The position numbers and the translations under genes were made by a program. A stretch of DNA of 64,000 nucleotides, from contig CM119265.1 of NCBI GenBank assembly GCA_051294375.1, positions 26,351,472 through 26,415,471 on the forward strand, read 5' to 3'. The DNA is from Paraspadella gotoi. Lineage: Eukaryota; Animalia; Chaetognatha. Under the pieces are notes generated by a model. That model had not been told where the DNA came from and searched no databases. It saw only the letters and a program-made list of their open reading frames with translations. Positions 9,109-21,512 of this stretch are shown here, piece after piece; positions within the stretch are counted from its first letter, which is position 1, and each line of letters starts with the position of its first letter.

Positions 9109-11478
9109 ATGAGAAAAATCCTCATCATGACCATTTTAAAATTGGTAATGATGCTGCTAACCATCGCCATGATCGTCTCCGACGTAGCAACTGATGTCAA
9201 AGTCATGATTGACTGTTTCTTGTTATTTGCTTGGCCTTACAAAACGATAGGGTTTCTCAACCTGGGTGTGATCTTCATCCACAGTCTGGTATCTGCCATC
9301 CACTGCCTCCGCCAAGTCAAGCGTAGCCCAATCTACGGGCGACTGTTTGGGACAAGAGAATGGAGCATTTTCACTGTGGTAACCCAATTTTTTGGAATTG
9401 GATCTATTCCCTTATTGATTGATTTGTACTTGGATGAGAAAATTCAAAGTCACAGCATCGAAATAATGAAAGAAAAGGAACAACTCCTCTTTTCCCTCAA
9501 CGCTGCACACGTCCTCTTGGAATCATTTCCACAAATGTTGCTACAAACTGCGGCGTTCATCATATCACTGACCAGCGGAACAGAGGAGCAGTGTTTTCCC
9601 ATTAAAACACATCACCAGAAAATCGGCGTTTTCTATGGGAAAGTATATCTTTTAGGAAAAGATAAAAACTACACTGCCACGCATCTGGGTTGCATTTGCT
9701 ATTCCAACCCAATGCGTCAAAGAAAATATTTTAATGAGTATTCGTGCAGCTGGCAGATCAAAGATTACTTTGTTTTGATTTCCGCCGTTCTCTCCACGGC
9801 TAGTGTAGCCAAACTGGCCTCTGAGTACAGAATGAAAAAAATGAAATGCAAGAAGGGCAATAAAATTGAATATAAAATACTATCTTTGTTGGGAATTTGG
9901 CAAGGTGTCGTTGGCTTAAGTACATGTCTTTTCTTGGTATTCGTTCATGCTTGGAATGTTTGCATATTTTACCTTGTATTTGCTCCTTGCATAATTTTCA
10001 GAGTTATAAAACCTTTGGATATCAAAATCATCTTTAATAGTTTAATTAAAAGCGACTTTGGAAAAAAACCGAAATCGACACTTCACGAAATCATTATGAT
10101 GCCGTTGCTTTCAATATTTCTCATGTCTTCAATTCTAACATTGGATAAACACAAATACTTGAGTGAAACCATAGATGGTTTTAGCAATCGTGCTTCCTCG
10201 GGTTTGGCCATATTTTATATAAACAAGATTCCTAAAATTTGGATTTTCAGCAAACAAAAGGGGATGTTACCAGATCTAAATCAACATTGTATAAAGGCAG
10301 AACACGTAAATGAAATTGAGAGATGGGAGAGATTGTCACATTGCACTAAAGACATGACTATTTGGAATGATTCTTCTATTTTTCATTATCACGGATGGCG
10401 TCTTCGTCGGCTTTTGCGGTATAAATTAATTATTGGAAATCAAAAGATTCTGAAACCACAATATACTTTTTACTTGATAATTTTAATGTCTGATCTTTTG
10501 TTCGGGGGGATTGATTCAGTTTGGCTGTTGATCGTAGAAAAAAGAAACTTACGACAAATTTGTATCTGCCTTCAAATATACTTCACATCCACTTTTATTA
10601 TGCTGATCAACCTAATATTTTCACTCCAATTAGATCAAATTCTTTGGAATTTGAAAACTTTGTATTTGAATGAAAATAAAAAATTAGGACTGATTCATAT
10701 TTCATCTTCAATGATAAAGTTTTCTGCAATTCAAGTGTACAAAAGAGGAAAACTTCTAAGTGATCTTTGGTTAATTACACTAACAACTGCGGTTATTTTT
10801 GCTTCTGATAAAATAATTATAAAACTAAGCAAGCACGTCAAAAAAATGACAAAACTGTTACTCATTATTTTCATTACTTTTTCGTTGGTTCTGCCTTTGT
10901 TCACATTCAAATACATAATGGGCAAAAGAGCGAAACATGATTTGACAGAAAAAATCATGAAGTATTGTGGTGAGGTGACTTATTTGTTCTCTCGAAAATT
11001 AGGAGATATTCAGGTTTACAGAAAATTTCATAATCTCCTTAACAGATCTGTCGTTTTAAAAGAATACTTTTTCATAATCTTTTTTTCTTCTTTTTTTCCT
11101 TTCATAAATTTTACAAGAGCAGCCCTTAGGGTATACGGACTATCGACAGTAAGAAGTAAATTCATTTACAGTTGTACAGTTACAGTAATGTACTTTTGCA
11201 TGTACTACATTGTGCAAGTCCGTCTAAAATCGGAACCAAATTTTTCGAATATCCGAAATATAGTCGATCCCAGCGATCTTACAAATTATCGACTGGCTAC
11301 TCGATCTATCTCCGCCCAACTGACTTCTTCCAGGACAAGATATTATCCACCGCAATTTCATATGATAAGCAAAACTTTTTTGAGTTTATCCGCAGATGCA
11401 TGGTTCACAGACTTCGGAGAAATGGATTCACTAATTTTGTTGATCATTTCTCCTATTTGTCTTCTTTTATTGTACTGA
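9109..11478 (+). CDS. XK-related multi-pass membrane protein with an additional C-terminal multi-TM domain (XK-A), intronless, 789 aa
   Basis: Uninterrupted ORF; XK hallmarks SDVATD in TM1, LLESFPQMLLQ (cf. ESAPQLVLQ) and SAVLSTASVAKLASEY; colinear paralog at 31565. Confidence 0.85.
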   Translation: MRKILIMTILKLVMMLLTIAMIVSDVATDVKVMIDCFLLFAWPYKTIGFLNLGVIFIHSLVSAIHCLRQVKRSPIYGRLFGTREWSIFTVVTQFFGIGSIPLLIDLYLDEKIQSHSIEIMKEKEQLLFSLNAAHVLLESFPQMLLQTAAFIISLTSGTEEQCFPIKTHHQKIGVFYGKVYLLGKDKNYTATHLGCICYSNPMRQRKYFNEYSCSWQIKDYFVLISAVLSTASVAKLASEYRMKKMKCKKGNKIEYKILSLLGIWQGVVGLSTCLFLVFVHAWNVCIFYLVFAPCIIFRVIKPLDIKIIFNSLIKSDFGKKPKSTLHEIIMMPLLSIFLMSSILTLDKHKYLSETIDGFSNRASSGLAIFYINKIPKIWIFSKQKGMLPDLNQHCIKAEHVNEIERWERLSHCTKDMTIWNDSSIFHYHGWRLRRLLRYKLIIGNQKILKPQYTFYLIILMSDLLFGGIDSVWLLIVEKRNLRQICICLQIYFTSTFIMLINLIFSLQLDQILWNLKTLYLNENKKLGLIHISSSMIKFSAIQVYKRGKLLSDLWLITLTTAVIFASDKIIIKLSKHVKKMTKLLLIIFITFSLVLPLFTFKYIMGKRAKHDLTEKIMKYCGEVTYLFSRKLGDIQVYRKFHNLLNRSVVLKEYFFIIFFSSFFPFINFTRAALRVYGLSTVRSKFIYSCTVTVMYFCMYYIVQVRLKSEPNFSNIRNIVDPSDLTNYRLATRSISAQLTSSRTRYYPPQFHMISKTFLSLSADAWFTDFGEMDSLILLIISPICLLLLY

Positions 11479-11505
11479 ACTGAACTGAACTGAACTGAAC
11501 TGAAC
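11475..11505 (+). repeat. (CTGAA)n pentanucleotide repeat overlapping the XK-A stop codon
   Basis: TACTGAACTGAACTGAACTGAACTGAACTGAAC. Confidence 0.85.
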
Positions 11506-12307
11506 ATGAAACTACATTGAAAGAAGAAAACTTAAGTTTTGTTTTTTTTTAAATTGAAACAGTTGACTAAGTTTTTGTAGAAAAAGTTATTGTAGAAAAA
11601 GAATGTTTGATTAAAAAAGTTACAATCAAATCAAATTAGTCTCTATGTCCTAAATTTCGGTACTTTGATATACACGATAATCTATAAAAAATAAATATGA
11701 TCCATTCCCGGAGTTGGTTGCTCCAGTCTGAAGATAATTATTTTTTCAAATGTTAGAAAAATGTTTCTTTGTCGCATTGACTTAATCGTATTTTATGATA
11801 ATTTTGTGATGACGTACATATGTGAAGCGATGAAAGCCTTTGCAAGATATTATAAAAACTAACTCCGTACTACTCAAATTATCTAGCATTGGATAGCAAT
11901 AGTGATCACATGACTACACCAGTATAAAACATATGTACGACAAGCGATTTATAGTTCATAATTTGACGCATCGAAAAAATTTGTGAGAAAAAACAGGTCA
12001 AATCTAATGTTGTAGATGCGCAATGCCTTTTTTTCTGTTCATTTCGTTTGATTCCTTAATAATAACTGATTCTAATGCACCAACTTTTAGTTTTTCTATA
12101 TTTTATCTTTATGAATGTTTGTCAAGGCTAAAAAAAAGGACTTATTAAAAATTACAAATAATGTTTTAGCCTTCAGCCTATTTAGCCTTTATCGTCGTCG
12201 TCTTCGCAAGTGTAGAGTAATTTTTATTATCACAAATGTCGTCGTATTTTTATCCAAAAAGTTATTGTTACTTTTATCTTTTCTTTGTTTTGTGGAAGAC
12301 TTCTTCT

Positions 12308-12355
<48 letters not shown>

Positions 12356-13199
12356 CTCTCTTTCTATTTCTTTTCTATAACAGTAGTTCATTTGTGTAAT
12401 TCGCTCAGTGTCTATTTTTAATAACGCCTCATCTGAGTTGCAATAGAAATTTATTAAATCAAATTTATCTTTCTTTAAATGGCTCAATAATACTCAATAA
12501 TTTCCTTAATAAAAAGCCAAAAATGTTTGTAGTCAAATAATGTCTTTTTTAACTTTTTTAAATAAAAACATCAGTTTCCTCAGTTTTTTCATTTTATCCT
12601 TATTTTGCTGCGTATATTTACCAAAACACATATTTTTAAAATGAAAATCATCATGAGTACGGTAGAGGGAAACACTGTTGGTTTTAAGAATCATTAGAGT
12701 GGAAAAGAATCATGAACATTTTATTTAAATTTCGAAAACAAATCAGCCAAACAAGCATTATTTCAAAGTATTTCAAAACAATTAATATATCGGCTAAAAG
12801 CTGTGAAAGAGCATTTCAAAAATCATTGACCGTTTTAGAGTAATGAATTTTTTTTTCAATTTTGTCCGGATATATTGTCCCACCCCGATATTTTATTTTA
12901 CTTCTTCTCTCTTTTTTCTACATCACGTCTTTACTTTTTTCTCCTTTCTCAATTTCTTTTTTCCCCAACTTTCTCATAACCGTATCCAATTTTTTTTTTA
13001 AAGATTTCCTCCTTTTATCCCGATTTTCTTTTTTATCCCTTTCATATTATTTCCCATTTTTTCTTATTTTCTCTCTCTTTATCTGACTCGTCCGCCGAGT
13101 TACTTATCTCAGTCTCACTTGCCCTCGGGTTGGATCGAGACCCTAGAAAATTATTTCTATGCCTGGTAAGAACATTTCTTTTTTTTGTGATAATCCTCT

Positions 13200-13266
<67 letters not shown>

Positions 13267-13681
13267 AATGTGACTTTTAAAAGGCTGAGAAAAAGATATT
13301 ATATTTTTTAGTTTTGTTTTACGAAAAAAAAGAAATTTGTGATCCGATGATCTGAATCAACAATTAAAACGTGTAAAAGTGAGAACCTCTTATCTTAATG
13401 CGTGAAATCTCGCAAAAAGATGAACAGTTGTGAAAGCTAATTCACATTCTTATTTTAACTTAAACTGTAAATGTAAAAACTTTTCTCTCAAGTTTTCAGA
13501 AATATAGAGATTTCAAAAATTAAGAGAACAAAAGATGAAAAACTGAAAAAGAAAAAGAATAAAAATGAAAGTAAAAAGAAAAGGGAAAAAATGAACGCAG
13601 AAAATTCAGGGCTGAATGATTTTCAGTTCATGACCCGAATGCTTTTGAAGAACCAATGAAGACTTTCCGGTTGGTAAAAGA

Positions 13682-13743
<62 letters not shown>

Positions 13744-14144
13744 ATTAAGACCAGCGTTTGAAGAGATGAAGCGAAATAATTTTTGGACAGGCTATGGTGG
13801 CTAAAGTCTTCTATCTGTTTTAAAAGTAATAAGAGTCAAAATTTTCTCACAGTCTATGGAGTTAAGTTCGCACGTTTCCGCTATGTTATTATCTTAACCC
13901 ACCATAACCTTTCCAAGATAGTTTATTTATTAAATTAATTTATAAGATATGTATGGTTTTATAAATTTTGTAATAATAATTATAATTATAATAATAATAA
14001 TAATTTATTTTCTTTTTTATCTTTTTTTCCTCCTTGTAGTTTCTTCTCTTTTAAATTTTTCCTTTCCTTCTTTCCTTTCCTTCTTTCCTTTCCTTCTNNN
14101 NNNNNNNNNNNNNNNNNNNNNNAAAAAAGGAGAGAGAATAATAT

Positions 14145-14409
14145 TTTGACAATATTGTGATGAGATTCAACTTTCTTGTTCCAACAGTCGCCGGAAGATT
14201 GGATGATTCCGTTGAGAGATTAAAGGATGGTAGAGAAAAGGGTGTGGATGAATACCACACCAAAAGTTAAGGAATTCAATCATTTTGTAGGATCAAGCTA
14301 ATGAATAAGAAACAGTCTAATCATGATTTAATGATCGGTGCGGCGATGTCCGCATGCATCGTCAGGGCGAATGCTTAAAAGGCAATATTGACTATTTTAC
14401 TATGGTCAT
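14145..14409 (-). pseudogene. 5' fragment of XK-C in inverted copy
   Basis: Reverse complement of 51175-51435 with indels. Confidence 0.75.
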
Positions 14410-15892
14410 AAAGGTCGGGCCAAAAATTGAAGCATCATTTTTTAATAACTTCTAGTTTCTCAAAAAATTTTATTTTTTCCCTTTCTATTACTAAAATCCG
14501 ATTTTCAATACAACTTTTTGATTAGTTCATTGGTTGTTGGCACTGAAGGTTTTCAAATATTTATTAATAGTATAACAAATGAGAAAAAAAATTTTTTTTT
14601 TAAGGAACGGAAATTCCATAAAACTTGATAAGAAGTTAATTGGAAAGCTGTTAATAAGTACAGTTTTTTAAAAAAATTGTTGAACAATAAATTGCTTAAA
14701 AATAGAAAAAACCTTAAAAATCATTAATCATCTATCAATCATCTGTTTTTATCATTGGCTGAATTTTATGTTTTGTTTTAAACTTTTCTTAATAAAGACA
14801 AACAAATTTTAAAAGTTGTTTATACTCTTTATCTAACTTTTTAAAGTCTCTATCAGAATCTATTAAACAATTTTTAAAAATTTAAAAAAAAAATTTTAAA
14901 CTTTATATAGTAATCAAAAATAAATCTTTAATTTTCCGTTGCGCTTTAGTGATAACTAAAATTTAAAAAATTATTTTCATTTTTTAGTATTCTGCTAACA
15001 GTCACTTTAACCTTATTATTTGACGAGAACTTCTAGTTTTTCAACCTGTTTCGGCTAATGGTCATGATGATGGTGTTTTTGGTAAAATGTAAAACAGATC
15101 GTTTTTTATTTTTGAAAATATAAAAAAAAAGCGAGAGCTATAACGTAGAGACAAAGTTGAGTAGCAAAAACGAAAATATATATATTTTTTTTTTATTAAA
15201 TTTTTCAAAACTTGGATTCTTTTATTTTTTTTGTTTTTTCTATTTTTTGGTCATTCAGAATTTTTTCTTAATTACATTTTTTTTTTGAATCTAGCTTTAT
15301 TTTTTTAATTCTTAAAAGTTTCTCTCTCTCTCTCTTTCTTCTTCTCATCACTCATCTCTCTCTCTCGAGTCTCTCTCTCGTCTCGTCTTTCTCTCTTATC
15401 TTTCTCTCCTTTCTCTCCCTCTCTATCAAGGGCATCAATCTAATCTCCCTTTCTAAAAATAAATGAAACAAAATCCCTTAAAAAATAGAGAGAATCTTGG
15501 GAAGGATTCTTTTCTTTTTTTTTCTTTTCTTTCTTTTCTTTTCTTTTTCTTTTCTTTTCTTTTCTTTTCTTTTCTTGTTCCTTTCTTTTCTTTATTTTTT
15601 TTCTACAAGTAAACTATCCTTTCCACCCTAACCCAATGTTTCTCTTTACCTTCACGCGCCCATCTGCTTCCTCCCCCTCCTCTTCCTCCTCCAAAACGTT
15701 TCTCCGCAAATGAATTGACGCCTTGGGGGCGGGGCGCGAGAACGGTGACCCCGCGAAGGCCCTGCAGCCCGCCTATGGCGGGATGGGCTTTTTTTCTCGA
15801 AAGGGGGTGGAAAAATTTGGCCGAAGGAGAGAGAGAGAAAAAAAAAAGAGAGAGAGAGAGATAGAGAGGAGAAGAGAGAGAGAGAGGAGCAG

Positions 15893-15947
<55 letters not shown>

Positions 15948-17421
15948 AGAGAGTGATGGGCGATACAAAATAAGGAGGTTAAAAAAACAACAAAAGAAGA
16001 TGGAATTAAGGTAAAAAGTCTTCACTCATTGGTGACAGAAATTTATCAAAATTTGTTGAGGGAATGATAAAGGGTGAGGAAAGATAGATCGCCAGGCAGA
16101 ACGGGGACAAAAAACAGATTTTTTGTTTTCAAGAGTCACAAAGGACAAAACAAAAGAATTGAATATTTAACAAAAAAAACAACAAAGTAGAGGGGGCCTT
16201 TTTATGAACATTAGACAATGAAAGTAAAACATGTTTTTACTTTTTCATGACTAATTTTTTTTCTTAGCTTTTAGGAGTCAATTGAACAAAAGTGAAAAGG
16301 AACAAATTTTGAGAAAATAAAGGAAATGGTTGATGGTTTACATATTATTGGCTGATTCTGCAAATTTGGGACTGATTGGAAGGAGAACGTTCAAATTAGT
16401 AAGGATTTTACACTGTGTGAAAGATTTGGTGACCTGCAAAGCGTCCGATCCATTTTTTTCCCCTGGACCCCCGTCACTTATTATTCGATCGGAATCTTTT
16501 TTTTAAAGTTTTTACGGATTCCAGTTATTAACAAACAATTTATTCGACATTTCATTGATTTGCCATAGGATCTTTACAAAAAATACAACTTAATTTCACA
16601 ATTTATGTCGACCATTTTTTCGACGTTTGCTTTTAATGCTTCAAGATTTAGTAGGGAAGATAGTACGAAATTTGTTCATCCGACGGCCGACGCCTCGAAC
16701 GCGCGAACCCCGCAGGCACTAGAAAATACAAAGATTTTCTACACTGTGAATTGCAAAAATCCTGTTTTGTAAACCTTTATTGATGATCATAATTAAAAGT
16801 TAAATAAAGTACTCAATAATAACAAACGGAATGCACAAATTTTTTTCTATTTTTTAAAAGCTTATGAAATTGGGGTAATGTCAATGAAATTGGCAATTAA
16901 CTTTCTAAGACAAAAATGCGGTAGAGAAAAACTTAAGAAGACCTTTATACTTTAGTTTTATTTAAATAATCAGTTCATTTTTTCAAGTTTTCAATGTCAA
17001 TACAAGTCTTTCTGCTTCCTACAAACATACAATTCGTACACAGCATAAAAAAACCGTTGGTAAATTTGAGTTTATTTCAATAAAGATAATAATAAAAAGT
17101 TTAAATTTGTTTTTTAAAGATGATTTTTAGTCCTAAAATAAAAAAAATAGATAGATAGGTGCAATAGACAAAAAAAAATTAAAAGCAAAATCAAATATGT
17201 TTCCTCTATCTGGAATTAGCTGAGATATAAACTATAAAGTCATAAGTGCATATTATGAAAAAGTAAAATAAAGTTGGCTTTGAAAAATTGCTTGGTTTAA
17301 TTTAATGATAATTAAAACAATTTCCTTTTTTAAAACTCATTACAACTATATATAAATACAATCCATAAGCAACATTGAAAAATAATTAGCTTATAAGGTT
17401 TTAAATTTCCTTCAATAAGAC

Positions 17422-18943
17422 TAGAGATTCCTTAACCGTTAAAAATAACCGTTTATAACAGTGAAATTTTTTTTAAACTTAACGTTTAAACGGTTAAATT
17501 AGGTGAAATTTTTTTTCCAATTTAGATATTTTGGTAAAATATTTTTGTTTTATTTAACTTATTAATGTTTTTAGAAATATTTTCCTAAAATCAAAGTGAA
17601 TGCGCTCAAATTCAGACTGACCATTTTTTTTATATAAATACTAAGTTTTTATAAATTTATTATGAAATGACCGAGAGGAGAGAAAAGGTCGCCATGCCTC
17701 TATGTGAACGTGAATAACCCCTCACACTAAGTGTTGCCTTGCTTTCCGGAACTTTGGATGCCGGCCGGTAGGCTTGCAAACCGATGGTTTAACTGGCAAT
17801 TTCACTCTTTTCCCGACCAGGGCTAGAACCCGGGACATTGGGTTCAAGAGAATACGGCGCTGGATAGTAGGAACAGTCGTATCAGCTAAAATTATTTATT
17901 TATTTTAATATTATATTTCGACCTCAAGTTATTTTCTGTCTTTTTCGCTCTTATTTTTGACCCTACTTAACGGTTGTCCTCATGCGTTCGGCGCAAATTA
18001 TTTACTAGTCGGTTTTTGTCATTCGTTTGTTCGATCTCTGAGTCGTAATTTGGCGAAACTCATGATTTTCAAAAGTAGCATCGCCCGTCCTGAACTTGAG
18101 TTTTAAAGGACTTTATGGACATTTTGAATATAAAATACAAGTTTCTAGATCTTCAATCTGTACTTTCATTCATCATTTACTAATATTCCAGCGGAAAAGA
18201 TTCAATGAAAACTGAACGTCACAGCATTGAAGAGACAGACGATACTGAAGACGCTTGATAAGGCGATAAGTGACTGAAGATGAACTCTCCGGAACTTGTT
18301 TAACCCCTCCAGCCAGCCATGGAAGCGTTTCCTTGGGCTTGGATCAAAGCTTAGTAGGTTTTCCCACGTCCCAAAGTCGGCTACGGCCGTCCTCACACTT
18401 CCCGCAGGGTAGGTACCGGTTGGGATTTGAACCCGGTTACCCTTGTGGTCATGAGCTGATGATGGCTTTACTCAATGAGCCAGCGGGTCCGACTGTAGGT
18501 GTCATGCTTAAAGGCAGAGTGAAACTTATGCTATGCGCCGACTACATACCAAAGTTAATTTCAAAAATTTTTGTAATTGTATTTTTGTAATTTATTTAAC
18601 CTCAGTCTGTCAGCGGAGAAGTGCAAAAATAAATTTTATCTCTTAACCTCAAAACTTAACTGTTGACAGGCTTTATAAAGTTCGGCTATTAAATTTTAAA
18701 AAAAAAAAGGATATTCAATATAATTCCAATTTTTTTCGTTTGCTTTATCAGTGCATCCTATATATGAAATAAAGATTCGAATACAAAGTTTTTTAATTGT
18801 TTTTTGCCATTCTTTTGGCAATTTATATTATCAAATAAGCTAAATCATTAAATTACTGATTTTTAACCACGTTAACTGGTTTAAAAAGTCGATTTTTAAC
18901 GTTAACCGAGTTGTAGAAAAATTAACCTTACAGGAAACCCCTA
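17422..18943 (-). mobile_element. hAT-like non-autonomous element, inverted copy, uninterrupted by LTR
   Basis: Ends TAGAGATTCCTTAACCGTTAA / GGAAACCCCTA; reverse complement of 43863-45334. Confidence 0.75.
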
Positions 18944-21512
18944 TTTTATGACGCAAAGTTGGCTTTTCTTTTTTGGTAATCAATGACAATAAAATTAAAA
19001 CAGATCGGAGAAATAATCAGATGATATTAATGAATCCTATTTCTCTAGCATTAGTCCGTGAATTTTGCCATCCGATCAGGACCGAGCAAAAGTAAGACTG
19101 ATTTTAAAAGTATGACGGCGGGGTACATAAAGTGTCAGCGTAAGCGATTGATTGTAATTACTCGAGATCTTGTCACGGTTTGAAAGTTAAGAATTTTCAT
19201 GTGTTAATCAGCCCAATTGCAGAGGAGAACTTGTCAAGTCTTTTTGTTTTTGAAGTGACTTGTTAATACTAATACATGCCAGAGTACAAGACGGTAATGA
19301 CAGAACTAAAAAAAAAAATTATTTCCTCAAGCCAGTTGAAAACCAGAAAAATTCAACAAAGCTTTTATGCAAATTTAAAATTGAAAAGAATGAAAGAAGA
19401 GAAAAGAATGAAAAAAGTACTTTTTTAAGGCATGAAGCGGTTTACCAAGATTTTGCAATTTTCTAATAAATCTGAATATCACTTTTAATTTCTCAATTAA
19501 TATGTGAACAATACTGTTTGAAGTTTTTGAGCCGATTATCTTTTACTTTTTCATCTTTTTTCAAGTATTTGAATGTAAATAAGGGCAAGAAAAAAAGTGA
19601 AAAGCCTATGAGTATGACTCATGAAAAAGCAAAATCAAAGTTTTTAATGTTTTGTTAATGGTGACTACGTAATTTTAAGATCGTTTTTTTTAACTAATTA
19701 AAATAAATCAGAGTTGCTAGTGCGGTTGCCAAAAAGCTCAGTTAACAAGCTTTCGCTCTTTTTGTACAACAATGACTTTCCGAAAAATTAAAAACATTGA
19801 TTTAAGGCTTTTTCTGATTCTCCGCTGAGCTTTTTAAAGCAATAATTATGATATTTTTCAATAATTTGTTTCAAAGTTCAGCTGAAAATATTAAAATTTA
19901 TTACAACAATCATAATGGCATGTTATGCAATATGAAAAGGCATGTACCCGATTTGTTGTATGTTTTTTGGTTTTTAAGTATTATCAGCCACAAATTGAAA
20001 ATATTCCTCCAGATAAAAAGATCGCGACAAGTAGAATTACCAATAGAAGTAATATTCGGTTTTAAAAATCATATAATTACCAAATTCTTTAATTTATAAC
20101 ACGCAAAAACGCTCTGAATTATACCGTCGGAACGCCTAAAAGGTTTTATTTTTTCTCAAATATCAATAGCGTCCAAATCATTCCAGATTATGCATATCTT
20201 TGTTGCACAGACAATCTCTCGCCATTTGGCTATACCATTGTCCATGTTGAAGCTATTATGCCAGTCAAGTGAAAGAGGGTTGGAATACATATATTAAATT
20301 TTTTCGTAAAAAATCCAAAATTTTAGGAAATCCTGTTTACATTTAAAATGGCTAAACGCTGGAGATGGCACGATTGTTAATGGTCTATAACTTCGCTGAT
20401 GTACTTATGTTATCCTAATGTCAGAAATTGATGACATTATCAAAATCGAAATAATGGCATCATTATAATTTCATTAGTTTTTAATAATATTACGTCCTGT
20501 CAAAAATGCATCGTTTTTAATTAATCTCACAAAATACTGTTTTAAATATCCCACGGTGTTAACACTCTGAAAAATTTGAAAGGAGCGCGCCACAGCAAGG
20601 TAGAAGAAGGAAACTTCCATGCAATGGACAAATACAAGAAACAGGCAAGTACTCAAACCACAATCCTTGAATAATTTCCCAACAATAATAGGGTTTTTAA
20701 GACTTTAATGTTTTGAATACTTGTTGGCATAGAACCCGTATTTGCGTGATCTCTGCAGCAATTGCGTAGTTCAAGTAGCCAGTGTGAGCAACACTAAGCT
20801 TGTGGAGCAGAGTGGCTGAAATCAATGCAAAATAATTTTTTGAATTGTTCCAACTGCAAAAATAACTGCTCTAAAATACATTGTTGAAATACGAGTTAGC
20901 ATGACAACTGCAAATGCTTCTCGGAGGTCCGTTAGATAGTTCTCATATCGTTGTCAATCAAAAAAACTTCCCCACTAATAAAACAAAAAATTTCTAATTA
21001 GGTTCCAATTGGGAAAACACAGCTCACATAGTTTCGACTGGATTAGTCGAAGTGACAAGGCCCAGTGTTATGTAACAGCATTTGCGGAAGTTCCAATAAG
21101 GACGTGTGCGGCAGCATGAGGAGAAAAGAATGAGACTCCGATTTTTTTGGCTAAGCATTGATGCAGCTTGAAGACGGAAATATTGCAGCTCTCCTCAATA
21201 ATCTAAATAGAAAATCGCTCAAATTGGGTATTGATCCGATCAACATTTGGCTGACCACGGCGTGAAAACCAATCCACTTTAACTCTAATAACAGCTCGCC
21301 CATAGATTGGGCGACCCTGACATCTGCGAAAGGCAATGTATGGCAGACACCAGACTGTGGATCAAGAACCACACCAAGATTGAGGAATCGATCACTTTTG
21401 TATGACCAAGCAAAGGACAAGAAGCTATCGATCATAACTTGATGTCAGTTGCCATGTCGGAGATTTTCAAGGAAATGCGTCAGCAGCGAATTCTAACCTT
21501 TAAGACGGACAT
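18944..21512 (-). pseudogene. Frameshift-riddled inverted copy of XK-B (likely unpolished read)
   Basis: Full-length reverse complement of 31565-33963 with dense 1-nt indels; fragments STCLFLVFVH and MIDSFLSFAWSYK appear in the ORF track. Confidence 0.8.

Noticed and set aside
18455-18535. Hammerhead-ribozyme-like CTGATGA...GAAA (also a C-box-like TGATGA)
   Set aside because: The flanks do not form stems I and III with an NUH site. It is the antisense strand of the tRNA-derived SINE head.
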